Source: Polaromonas sp. (GTDB lineage: Bacteria; Pseudomonadota; Gammaproteobacteria; Burkholderiales; Burkholderiaceae_C). From it: a stretch of DNA of 64,000 nucleotides. This document shows positions 38,455-47,251 of the stretch, piece by piece (position 1 is the first letter of the stretch; each line of letters begins with the position of its first letter). Location of the stretch: positions 17,138 through 81,137 of the forward strand of contig JAYTMT010000002.1 of NCBI GenBank assembly GCA_043728315.1. Direction: 5' to 3'. The position numbers were made by a program, and so were the translations under genes. A model generated the notes under the pieces. It was not told the origin of the DNA. It searched no databases and saw only the letters and a program-made list of their open reading frames with translations.

Positions 38455-38694
38455 ATGCCTCAAAAAACTCCCCCCTTAGCTAGTGCTGCCGATACCGAAC
38501 GCGACGCTTTAGAGTTGCGCACTCGTAAGCTGCAAGTGCGTGCTGCGTTACGCGCCAAGCATGCAGAGCGCTCCGCACGCGCAGCTTCTTGTGCCAGCAT
38601 GGTTGGCATATTACCCAAACCAAGTGACCAGTGCAGAACCTTGGTTATCGGCAACGCCTACTCAGGCAAGGCTGCTTTGGCCAACGATGCCTAG
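38455..38694 (+). pseudogene. remnant of a fourth caspase gene (only the first ~25 codons of the C14 domain, ending at TAG)
   Basis: 38636-38710 (ccttggttatcggcaacgcc...gccaacgatgccTAGgccatgggcg) aligns with caspase-3 36970-37046 (ccttggtgattggcaacgct...gccaacgatgccAAGgccatgggcg). Similarity stops ~12 nt before the convergent EamA stop. Confidence 0.5.
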
Positions 38695-38721
38695 GCCATG
38701 GGCGCGGGGAGTACTGCTGGG

Positions 38722-39645
38722 CTATTTGGTTCGACTTCCCATCACCGCCGCGCCCACTATCAGCAAGGTGGCGATGGCAATGCTCCAATTGAGCGCCCTG
38801 CCCGTGGCCAGCATCAGCAGCACGGTGGAGGCCACAGGAGTGGCGTAGCTCAAAATACCGATTTGCCGCGCATCGCCCAACTTGAGCGCTTTGTCCCACA
38901 AAAAGAAGGCGGCGCCAAGCGGGCCCAAACCCATCACAGCCATCAAGCCCCAGTCTTGCCCGCTTAGCGCCGTGCGCGGCTCTAGCGCTGCGTGGCACAG
39001 CAGGGATAACAGGCCGCTGACGAGGCCAAACAGACCAATGGCAGCAGTGGGAAAGCTGCGCCCTGTGCTGGCCAAACGCTTGGTCATGAGTGAGTAGCTG
39101 GCCCAAATGAAGGCTGAGCCGAGTGCGGGGATGTAGCCCCAAGCAAAGCCAGAGAGCGCACCTGAAGGCACACCGACAGAAGCGCCTGCTGCAGCGCCGC
39201 CAGACGCACCCACCGACAAGCCCGCCACTGCACCACTGCTAGCGCCAAGTATGGCGATACAAGCTCCCGCAAACCCGATCAAGGCGGCGGCCACATGCGC
39301 CGTTGAAAGGCGCACGCCAGCCAAAAACAGCGGCGCAAGCACCACTATGAAAAGTGGCCACAAGTAGTTGACCAAATTGGCCTCCACCGCTGGTGCGTGG
39401 CGCAGGGCAATAAAGAGCAAAAAGTGGAAACCAAACAGCCCGTAAATGCCCAAGGCCAACACGCCTTTAGACACCCGCCATTGCCTAAAAAATGGCCAAG
39501 CGGGGATGCTGCCAATCAAAAGCGCAATGCCAGTGAGCAAAAACGGCGGTACATGCTTGAGTGCCAAACCCAGCACAGCCAGTGACGACCACAGCGCGAT
39601 GGCGCAGGCGGCCAGAAAAATGGGTGAAGACAGAAGTTTTTTCAT
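38722..39645 (-). CDS. EamA/DMT family transporter
   Basis: 307 aa with ~10 TM helices and two EamA-like halves. Confidence 0.75.
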   Translation of the reverse strand: MKKLLSSPIFLAACAIALWSSLAVLGLALKHVPPFLLTGIALLIGSIPAWPFFRQWRVSKGVLALGIYGLFGFHFLLFIALRHAPAVEANLVNYLWPLFIVVLAPLFLAGVRLSTAHVAAALIGFAGACIAILGASSGAVAGLSVGASGGAAAGASVGVPSGALSGFAWGYIPALGSAFIWASYSLMTKRLASTGRSFPTAAIGLFGLVSGLLSLLCHAALEPRTALSGQDWGLMAVMGLGPLGAAFFLWDKALKLGDARQIGILSYATPVASTVLLMLATGRALNWSIAIATLLIVGAAVMGSRTK

Positions 39646-39721
39646 GAATATATTTTTGCGTTTTGCGCATCTTTTTTGCGCTTTTAGCGTTACCTAAATC
39701 CGTGCTGATCCTAACGCCCAA

Positions 39722-41287
39722 TCAAAGCCCCGCGAAATTACTTTGCAGCCGCTGCACATTCACCACGCACACCGCACGCAGCTCGGCGCTGATGCTGCCA
39801 AGCGCCTGTGCGCGCTGCCAATAGCCAATCGCCCACTCCCGTGCCAGCGCGGCCTCGGCGGCGTAGCCTGCGGGCAGATGCTGCGGGCGAATCGGCTGGG
39901 CATCGAGCGTGCCGGTGTGGATGCTGGGCCGCCACTGCATGGGCAGCATGTCGTACACGGGGGTGATGCGAAACTGCGGCCTGTGCACATCGGCCACAAA
40001 GAATGACAAGTTGCCAAAATGCATGTCGGTGTTGCCAATATAGTGGCCAAACCTGTAAATCAGCGCGACTTGGCGCAAGTCTTCAGCGGGCAGCAGTTTG
40101 AGCGCCACCAAGGCTTCACAAGTAGCCACCCAGTGCTGGCGCGGCGTATTCACAAATGCATCGTGCACGGCCGACGCGGCCACCACATGGCGTTTGCCCG
40201 CTGTGCCCATGCGGTCAAAGCGCTGGGACTCTAGGTAGCTGCGCTGGGCGCTTTCTAGCACCCGCGTGTGGGCGCAGGCAATGCCGTGGCCACGTAGCAC
40301 TTCGTTGGCCAAGTGCTCTAGGTGCAGCAAATCATGCCAGCGCTCGCCAAAAGGCGTGCCGCGTGGGGGCGTGTATTTGACGATGGCATGGATGTGTGGC
40401 GTGGTGGCTGAGGGTTGGGATGGCGCGCCTTCTTGCGCGGCCTGCAATGGCGGGGATTGCAAGCTGGTTTGCAAGCGCACGACAAACTTGGGTTGCTCAC
40501 CGCCTGCGGATGAGCCCGCAGGCAGGCGCGTTCCAGTTTGCGCGGCCAGCGCGTCGTAATAGGTGGGCAAAAGCGGGTCGGCGCTGTTTAACCAGCTGCT
40601 GTCGGGTTCGCCGCCCAATGGACTGATTAGTACGCCACTTATTGGGCCGCTTCGCGCGCCAAGGCTTGATGCAGCATGGCCCAAGCCAGCGCCTGCTGGC
40701 GCGCTGCGGCGCGTGCCCAACTCCAGCGCGCCGGGCGGGTCGGTGGCGTGGTTGGCGGCTATGTAGAGCACTTGCTCGGTAGTCCAAGCGTCTGGGTCAG
40801 GCGGAAAATCAGGCCGCAAGGTGGTGTATTGCCTGCCCAAAAAGCCCTGTGGCCGCAGCCCTGCCAAAAACCAGGGCAGCGCCTTGTTGCCCAGCCATTC
40901 ACCCCATGGTTGAGCCGCTGGCGCGGGTGACGGGCCGGGGCGCTGTAGCGCAGTGGGCAGACTGCGAAGCAGCTGCACTGCACTGCGCACATGCACATCA
41001 CCGTTGTGCAAAAAACTTAAAGTCCCAAAGGCTTGCGCTGCACCACCATCACCCGTCCAATACAAGCTTTGCTTAGCGGGCAGGCCAAGAATAGGCTGGG
41101 TGAGCGCATAGCGCGTACTGCGCGCCGCGCCCAGCTTGCACACCCTGCTGCCCAGCGCTTGCAATGCCAAAGAAATGCTCGGCTGGCTCTTGCCCGTGGC
41201 CGCTTGCAGCTGCGCCGCCGTCAACGCAGGCGCTTGTGCCAGCAGGCCGAGCAGGCTGTCTGTGAGGGTGTTGTCAACAGGATTCAT
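39722..41287 (-). CDS. HipA-family Ser/Thr kinase with N-terminal HTH domain (YjjJ/HipH-like)
   Basis: N-terminal wHTH-like LTAAQLQAATGKSQPSISLALQALG. HipA_C motifs GGEQPKF and GNTDMHFGNLSF. No separate hipB-like gene is adjacent. Confidence 0.7.
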   Translation of the reverse strand: MNPVDNTLTDSLLGLLAQAPALTAAQLQAATGKSQPSISLALQALGSRVCKLGAARSTRYALTQPILGLPAKQSLYWTGDGGAAQAFGTLSFLHNGDVHVRSAVQLLRSLPTALQRPGPSPAPAAQPWGEWLGNKALPWFLAGLRPQGFLGRQYTTLRPDFPPDPDAWTTEQVLYIAANHATDPPGALELGTRRSAPAGAGLGHAASSLGARSGPISGVLISPLGGEPDSSWLNSADPLLPTYYDALAAQTGTRLPAGSSAGGEQPKFVVRLQTSLQSPPLQAAQEGAPSQPSATTPHIHAIVKYTPPRGTPFGERWHDLLHLEHLANEVLRGHGIACAHTRVLESAQRSYLESQRFDRMGTAGKRHVVAASAVHDAFVNTPRQHWVATCEALVALKLLPAEDLRQVALIYRFGHYIGNTDMHFGNLSFFVADVHRPQFRITPVYDMLPMQWRPSIHTGTLDAQPIRPQHLPAGYAAEAALAREWAIGYWQRAQALGSISAELRAVCVVNVQRLQSNFAGL

Positions 41288-41364
41288 TAATAGATACTTT
41301 TTTATAAGTATCTGTCAATAATCAAATTTTGTCAAATTTTTAATAAATAAATTAATAGATACTT
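41286..41364. promoter_or_regulatory. AT-rich promoter/operator region of the HTH-HipA gene: 14-bp perfect direct repeats plus an 8-bp palindrome
   Basis: attaatagatactt occurs at 41286-41299 and 41351-41364. agatactt (41292-41299) and aagtatct (41306-41313) form an inverted repeat. Confidence 0.45.
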
Positions 41365-41376
41365 CAATTGAACCAC

Positions 41377-44300
41377 CTAGCGCACCGCATGCAGTGGCTT
41401 GAGCAGTTCGGCCAAATCGTTTTCGGTAAACAAGGGTTGTTTGCGTGCGGCGGCATCGCTGTACATGCTTTCGGCCAGCTGGGCTTTGCGCTCTTGCAGT
41501 TGCAGCATGCGCTCCTCAATCGTGCCTTGGGCTACCAATTTGTAAACCATGACTTGCTGGGTTTGGCCAATGCGGTGGGCGCGGTCAGTGGCTTGGTTTT
41601 CCACCGCTGGATTCCACCAGGGGTCGTAGTGAATCACGGTGTCGGCCTGCGTGAGGTTGAGCCCCACACCGCCCGCTTTGAGGCTGATTAAAAACAAGGG
41701 CACTTCGCCGCTGGTAAAGCGCGTGATGATGGCATCGCGTTTTTGGCTTTGACCCGTAAGCTTGACCCAAGGGATGGACTGCTTGGCCAGCTCTTCTTCA
41801 ATCAATTCGAGCATGCTGGTAAATTGCGAAAAAAGCAGCACTTTGCGGCCTTGGGCCAGCAGCTGGGGCAGCAGCTCCATCAGCAGTTCGAGTTTGGCCG
41901 ACTGTTTGATTTTTTTGGCGGACGCGGTGGGCACCAAGCGCGGGTCGCAGCAGACTTGGCGCAGCTTGAGCAAAGCATCGAGCACTTGAATTTGCGAGCG
42001 CGCCAAGCCTTTGTTGGCCAGCGCTTCCTGCACGGCTTTTTCGGTGGTTAGGCGGATGGTTTCGTACAAATTGGCCTGCTTGTCGCCCAGCTCTACGCTG
42101 GTGATGCTGGTTTGCTTGTCCGGCAGCTCGGTGGCCACCTCACGTTTGGCGCGGCGCAGCATGAAGGGCGTGACGCGGCGGCGCAGGTGCGCCAAACGTG
42201 CCGTGTCGCCGTGTTTTTCAATGGGGGTGCGAAACAACTCTTTGAAGCGCGTTTGGCTGCCCAAAAACCCTGGCATCAGAAAATGGAACAAGCTCCACAA
42301 TTCGCCCAAATGGTTTTCCATGGGCGTGCCCGACAGGCACAGGCGGTGGCGGGTATTGAGCTGGCCAGCGGCTTGCGCGGCGAAGGTGTGGGCGTTTTTG
42401 ATGTTTTGCGCCTCATCGAGCACCACCAAGTGCCAAGCTTGCTTAGCCCAGTGCTCAGAATCACGCGCCAGCAGTGAATAGGAGGTGATGAGGATGTCTT
42501 GTTTGCCAATGTGCGCCGCGTCTTCATGCCGCTCAGCACCGTGCCAGATCAAGCTGGTAAGTGCGGGTGTGAAGCGCCCAATTTCGCGCTGCCAGTTGCC
42601 CAGCACGCTCACGGGGGCCACGATCAACACAGGCAAATCCAAGCGCCCAGCGGCTTTTTCGGCGGCTATGTGTACCAAGGTTTGCAGGGTTTTGCCCAGC
42701 CCCATGTCGTCGGCCAAAATGCCAGATAACTGGTGGGTGCGCAAAAATTGCAGCCAATTGAGGCCCTGCTGCTGGTAGGGGCGCAGCTGGGCATTGACAC
42801 CATCGGGCAACGCCACCTCGGGCATTGTGTCCACGCCATGGAGCTGCTGCACCATGAGGCGCAAACTATCCGCCCCCGCCCATACCGCACCAGCGCCCAG
42901 CGATGCGCCCATTTGCAATGCCTCAAAGCGCGACAGCCGCAGCGTATCAGCGCCCGCTGCAATGGGCCGGTCACCCACCAGCTCGATCAAGGCTTGCAGC
43001 CAAGGCCGCAGTGGCTCGGTGGGCAGGCGCAGGTATTGGCCCTCTGGCGTTGGCAAATACACATAGGTTGGCAGCTGTAGGCTGGTGCTTTCATCGCTAG
43101 TGGCTTGCGCAATGCCGTCTGGCCCAGACGCACTGCGGTGCACCACGGTTTGCAGCTGCGCCAGCAAGCTGGGGAGCATGGGCAAAATGTTGTGGCGCTG
43201 GCCGTTGATGCTGATGCCCAGCGACAGGTCAAACCATGGCGACTGGCTGTCGTCCGTGCCGGCCAAATCTGCACTGCCTTGGCCCGCAAGCTGCACATGC
43301 AGGTCGTCTGCGCGTTTGATCCAGTCTTGCAAGTTGGGCTCTAATGTGATCTCAAAGCCCAGCGCCCGAAGCTGGGCGTAGTCGCTGTCGGCCCACGCTA
43401 GCCACTGCGGCAATTGCGCACTGGGCGTGAAGGCCAAGCTGAAGTGGCCTCGGGCATCGCCCGCTAGCCCCAGGGCAATCAGGCGGCTGATGCTGCTTTG
43501 CTCAAAGGCCATGTCGCGGTGCAGCAGCCAGCGCTCGCTGGGCGCTGCTGCAGCGCCGCTGAGCGCCGCATCTTTTTCAATGACGATGGGGTTGGCCAAG
43601 CTTTGGGTGAAATGCGCCACGGCCCCGTAGTCAAAGCGCAGGGTGGCCATCAGGGGGCCAAAGCGCGCCACATCATGGGCGGCTACTGCGGCAATGTGCA
43701 AGCGCGCCGTGGGCGTGATGCCTTGCAACACCTGCGGCGGGTGCATCACGGGCGGCAGGGGCAGGCCAGCCAAGCGGCGCAAAAAGCTGGTTTCATGCTT
43801 GGCAAAAGCCGACTGCGGAATCGGTGGTGCTTTGACCAGCAAGGCCAAATGCGCACTGGATACGCCGGGCATCTCTAGCAAGCCATACTCACCGCTGTCG
43901 ATATCTATGTACATGGGCGGCGTGTTGAAATACCAGCGCTCGTGCACTTGCGCTTTGCTGCGGTCTGGGCTCAAAGCCCACGAAGGCTCGGTGGATTTTA
44001 AGTTGGTCACCTCGTTCCACTTCCAGGCCATGGGGCGTGGCGCACCTGTTTGCATGGCTGCGCCTAGGCTGCGCTCTTGCTCGCAAAAAAACAAATGCCC
44101 GCTGCTGGCGGCCAACTGCATGGCCAGCACCCCAGTTGAGCCAGCCAGCACGCATTGGTGCTCCGAAAGGTTGCTGTAATAGTATTGCGCGCCGGACATG
44201 CTTTTCACCAAGCGCTGGATATCTGCAGCCAATGGGCTGGTTTTTTCTCGGTCGTAATAGGGGATGGTTTTGAGTTTAGACCAGTTGCCGTTGCGCAAGC

Positions 44301-44904
44301 GTTTGGCGATGCCCATGGTGAGGTTTAGCACCTCGTAGTGGTCCACATGCTTGGCGCTGAGTGCATACACCACCGTGTTTTCGCTGCCTTTGGCAGCAAA
44401 GCTGTCTGGCGCATCGCTGGTATCGGGCATGGCCTGCGCATCGCCAAATAAATCAAGCCACTGCGTGACTTTGTGCTGTGCAACGCGTTGCTCTTGTTCT
44501 AGGGCTTGGCGGGCTTGCAGATCTTTGAGGCGCTGCTGCTCAGCGTGGGTGGGCAATGCAGGCGCATTTGCTCTGGCTAAGCCCGATATGCCCGCTTTGT
44601 AAGCTGCTTTGAGCGTGACAGCCAAGCAGTGGTTGCAATCTATGCCTACCGGGCAACTGCAGGTTCCTTCGTAATAGGTAACGCTGCCTTGCGCATTGGT
44701 TTCTAGCGCTACCTCTACGTTGTAGTTGTCGTATTTGCTGCCCAGCACCAAACCATCAATGAACCATTCATTTTGCGCGCCAGAGGCTATGCTGCACTCC
44801 AACACATGCTGACTATGGTAGACCGCTAAACCGCGTTGGTAGGTGGCATCAGAAAAATGGTCGGTGAGCGAGTGGGGGTTGATTAAAAATGCGCTGTTGT
44901 CCAT
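41377..44904 (-). CDS. SNF2-family helicase with N-terminal SWIM zinc finger
   Basis: 1175 aa. SWIM motif CSCPVGIDCNHCLAV. Helicase motifs LADDMGLGKT, DEAQNIKN, SGTPMENHL and QATDRAHRIGQ. Confidence 0.85.
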   Translation of the reverse strand: MDNSAFLINPHSLTDHFSDATYQRGLAVYHSQHVLECSIASGAQNEWFIDGLVLGSKYDNYNVEVALETNAQGSVTYYEGTCSCPVGIDCNHCLAVTLKAAYKAGISGLARANAPALPTHAEQQRLKDLQARQALEQEQRVAQHKVTQWLDLFGDAQAMPDTSDAPDSFAAKGSENTVVYALSAKHVDHYEVLNLTMGIAKRLRNGNWSKLKTIPYYDREKTSPLAADIQRLVKSMSGAQYYYSNLSEHQCVLAGSTGVLAMQLAASSGHLFFCEQERSLGAAMQTGAPRPMAWKWNEVTNLKSTEPSWALSPDRSKAQVHERWYFNTPPMYIDIDSGEYGLLEMPGVSSAHLALLVKAPPIPQSAFAKHETSFLRRLAGLPLPPVMHPPQVLQGITPTARLHIAAVAAHDVARFGPLMATLRFDYGAVAHFTQSLANPIVIEKDAALSGAAAAPSERWLLHRDMAFEQSSISRLIALGLAGDARGHFSLAFTPSAQLPQWLAWADSDYAQLRALGFEITLEPNLQDWIKRADDLHVQLAGQGSADLAGTDDSQSPWFDLSLGISINGQRHNILPMLPSLLAQLQTVVHRSASGPDGIAQATSDESTSLQLPTYVYLPTPEGQYLRLPTEPLRPWLQALIELVGDRPIAAGADTLRLSRFEALQMGASLGAGAVWAGADSLRLMVQQLHGVDTMPEVALPDGVNAQLRPYQQQGLNWLQFLRTHQLSGILADDMGLGKTLQTLVHIAAEKAAGRLDLPVLIVAPVSVLGNWQREIGRFTPALTSLIWHGAERHEDAAHIGKQDILITSYSLLARDSEHWAKQAWHLVVLDEAQNIKNAHTFAAQAAGQLNTRHRLCLSGTPMENHLGELWSLFHFLMPGFLGSQTRFKELFRTPIEKHGDTARLAHLRRRVTPFMLRRAKREVATELPDKQTSITSVELGDKQANLYETIRLTTEKAVQEALANKGLARSQIQVLDALLKLRQVCCDPRLVPTASAKKIKQSAKLELLMELLPQLLAQGRKVLLFSQFTSMLELIEEELAKQSIPWVKLTGQSQKRDAIITRFTSGEVPLFLISLKAGGVGLNLTQADTVIHYDPWWNPAVENQATDRAHRIGQTQQVMVYKLVAQGTIEERMLQLQERKAQLAESMYSDAAARKQPLFTENDLAELLKPLHAVR

Positions 44905-44939
44905 GGCGACTGAGAGTGGTGCTAATTGAAGCTTTGGGT

Positions 44940-45935
44940 TCAGGTGGCTTGGTTGCCGCCCAATACCCCATGCGCCTGCTCGTCTGCGTGGTAGCTCGAA
45001 CGCACCATAGCTCCCACGGCGGCGTGGCTAAAACCCATCTTGTAAGCCTCGGCTTCAAACATTTTGAAGACATCGGGGTGCACGTAGCGTTTGACTGGCA
45101 AATGCGACAGGCTTGGCGCGAGGTATTGGCCAATGGTGAGCATGTCGATGTGGTGCTCGCGCATGTCGCGCATGGTTTGCAAAATTTCTTCGTCAGTCTC
45201 GCCCAAGCCGACCATGATGCCGCTTTTGGTGGGTACATTGGGGAACAGCGCTTTGAATTTTTTGAGTAAGTTGAGGCTAAAAGCGTAGTCAGAGCCGGGG
45301 CGGGCTTCTTTGTAAAGCCTTGGGATGGTCTCTAGGTTGTGGTTCATCACGTCGGGGGGCGCGAGTTTGAGGATCTCTAGCGCGCGGTCGTCGCGGCCTC
45401 TGAAATCGGGCACCAGCACTTCAATGGTGGTGCCCGGCGAGAGCTCGCGGGTTTTGCGGATGCATTCGACAAAATGCGCCGCGCCGCCGTCGCGCAGGTC
45501 GTCGCGGTCCACGCTGGTGATCACCACGTATTTGAGCTTGAGCTTGGCGATTGTTTTAGCCATGTTCTCTGGCTCAAGCGCGTCCAGCGGGTCTGGGCGG
45601 CCATGGCCCACATCGCAAAACGGGCAGCGGCGGGTGCATTTGTCGCCCATGATCATGAAAGTGGCCGTGCCTTTGCCAAAACATTCGCCGATGTTGGGGC
45701 AACTGGCCTCTTCGCACACTGTGTGCAAATTGCTCTCGCGCAGGATTTGCTTGATTTCGTAAAAGCGCGTGCTGGGCGAGCCCGCTTTCACGCGGATCCA
45801 GTCGGGTTTTTTCAGCACTTCGCCGCGCTCCACCTTGATGGGGATGCGGCTGAGCTTGGCAGCCGCTTTTTGCTTGGCCAGCGGGTTGTAGGCTTCTTGG
45901 GATTGGGCGTCGCGCACGACTTCTAGGGTACTCAT
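44940..45935 (-). CDS. lipA: lipoyl synthase
   Basis: [12 protein letters not shown] and radical-SAM CTRRCPFC motifs. ATG 45935 (MSTLEVV) is chosen; the track ORF's 65-codon upstream extension overlaps lipB. Confidence 0.95.
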   Translation of the reverse strand: MSTLEVVRDAQSQEAYNPLAKQKAAAKLSRIPIKVERGEVLKKPDWIRVKAGSPSTRFYEIKQILRESNLHTVCEEASCPNIGECFGKGTATFMIMGDKCTRRCPFCDVGHGRPDPLDALEPENMAKTIAKLKLKYVVITSVDRDDLRDGGAAHFVECIRKTRELSPGTTIEVLVPDFRGRDDRALEILKLAPPDVMNHNLETIPRLYKEARPGSDYAFSLNLLKKFKALFPNVPTKSGIMVGLGETDEEILQTMRDMREHHIDMLTIGQYLAPSLSHLPVKRYVHPDVFKMFEAEAYKMGFSHAAVGAMVRSSYHADEQAHGVLGGNQAT

Positions 45936-46072
45936 GGGGCTATTGTCGCCGACTGGGCAAGGGGCTGCTGAAATGGGGCTGACGGGGTAGCGCTTAGTGT
46001 GGGCCAAGCCTGCATGGAATTGGCGCGTGAAGAAAGCCTTTGGCGACGCTTTACCGCAGGGCTTTTCTTCGC

Positions 46073-46855
46073 TCAGGCCGCCAAATAGCGCGTGAGTTTG
46101 TCTGCCAACACCTGCGCCACTTCGTTCCAACTGGCTTGCACCCCCAGCGTAGCCATGTCAATGGTTTGCAGCCCCGCATAGCCGCAGGGGTTGATGCGCG
46201 AAAACGGCTCTAAATCCATCGCCACATTCAGCGCCACCCCGTGGTAAGTGCAGTGGCGGCTCACCTTGATGCCCAGCGCCGCGATTTTGCCAAGGCCCGT
46301 GAAATCCAAAGAATTAGGGTCAGAACCTAATTGTTTGGCGCTTGGCGCGTTGGAGTCTGGCAAATAATTAGGTTCTGACCCTAATTCTTTTTTCTGAGGC
46401 CGCTGCGCAAAGGGGCTGTGGCCAAAGGGGTCATCCAACCGCACGTAGATGCCCGGCGCGCCTGCCAAGCGGTGGCCAGTGATGCCAAAATGCAGCAGGG
46501 TTTTAAGCACCGATTCTTCGATTTTATAAACGTATTCTTTGACAAAATAACCAGCGCGCTTGAGATCTATCAGCGGATACGCCACCACCTGCCCAGGTCC
46601 ATGGTAGGTCACCTGCCCGCCCCGGTTGGTTTGCACCACGGGGATGCCAGCAGCGTTAAAAATATGTTCTGCCTTGCCCGCCAACCCTTGGGTAAACACC
46701 GCATCATGCTCGCATATCCATAGCGTATTATGACCATATGACGCTGACATTGGGCTAATTTTATTCAAATTACCGTTCAAACGGTCATCTGTATAGGCCT
46801 GCATCGCCGCATACGTGTCGGCGTAGTTCACGCGGCCTAGAAAACGGGTGTGCAT
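46073..46855 (-). CDS. lipB: octanoyltransferase carrying two in-frame repeat insertions
   Basis: Motifs [29 protein letters not shown] and INPCGYAGL. At 260 aa it is longer than typical LipB because of the segments encoded by 46721-46766 and 46308-46390. Confidence 0.9.
   Translation of the reverse strand: MHTRFLGRVNYADTYAAMQAYTDDRLNGNLNKISPMSASYGHNTLWICEHDAVFTQGLAGKAEHIFNAAGIPVVQTNRGGQVTYHGPGQVVAYPLIDLKRAGYFVKEYVYKIEESVLKTLLHFGITGHRLAGAPGIYVRLDDPFGHSPFAQRPQKKELGSEPNYLPDSNAPSAKQLGSDPNSLDFTGLGKIAALGIKVSRHCTYHGVALNVAMDLEPFSRINPCGYAGLQTIDMATLGVQASWNEVAQVLADKLTRYLAA
46308..46390. repeat. palindromic element (25-bp perfect inverted repeat, 33-nt spacer) inside lipB
   Basis: aaagaattagggtcagaacctaatt (46308-46332) is the exact reverse complement of aattaggttctgaccctaattcttt (46366-46390). 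It is read in frame as ...[28 protein letters not shown]... Confidence 0.85.
46721..46751 (-). repeat. dispersed repeat core, copy D (left half only) inside lipB
   Basis: The reverse complement reads aatgtcagcgtcatatggtcataatacgcta with left flank aatttgaataaaattagccc. It is translated in frame as [14 protein letters not shown]. Confidence 0.8.
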
Positions 46856-46874
46856 GGCTGTGCAGCGGGTGGTT

Positions 46875-47147
46875 TCACAACACCACTTTCACCATCGGGT
46901 GCGTGCTCATGGTGCGGTACACCTCGTCGAGCTGCTCTCGGCTGGTGGCGGTGATGGTGACGGTAACACCTAGGTATTTGCCGCCGCTGGATTCGCGCAG
47001 CTCGATGCTGCTGGCATCAAAATGGGGGTCAAACTGCTGGGCAATATGGGTGACTGCTGCCACCATGCCCTCTACCTTGAGCCCCATGACTTTGATGGGG
47101 AACTGGCAGGGGTATTCGATCAGGGATTGTTCGGGAGGGATGTCCAT
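46875..47147 (-). CDS. ybeD: YbeD-family (DUF493) protein
   Basis: 90 aa, [11 protein letters not shown] motif, and the conserved position upstream of lipB. Confidence 0.85.
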   Translation of the reverse strand: MDIPPEQSLIEYPCQFPIKVMGLKVEGMVAAVTHIAQQFDPHFDASSIELRESSGGKYLGVTVTITATSREQLDEVYRTMSTHPMVKVVL

Positions 47148-47251
47148 GGCTCGGGTTTTTGGAGTTTGAGGTTACGAATGCTTGGCAATTGATGCGCTGT
47201 CACGCGATTGTGCGCGCTAAATCGGCGCGGTATGTTGGCAGCTGCCTTGGT

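Noticed and set aside
45936-46130. 65-codon upstream extension of lipA
   Set aside because: It overlaps the lipB 3' end, and the conserved LipA sequence begins at MSTLEVV (ATG 45935).
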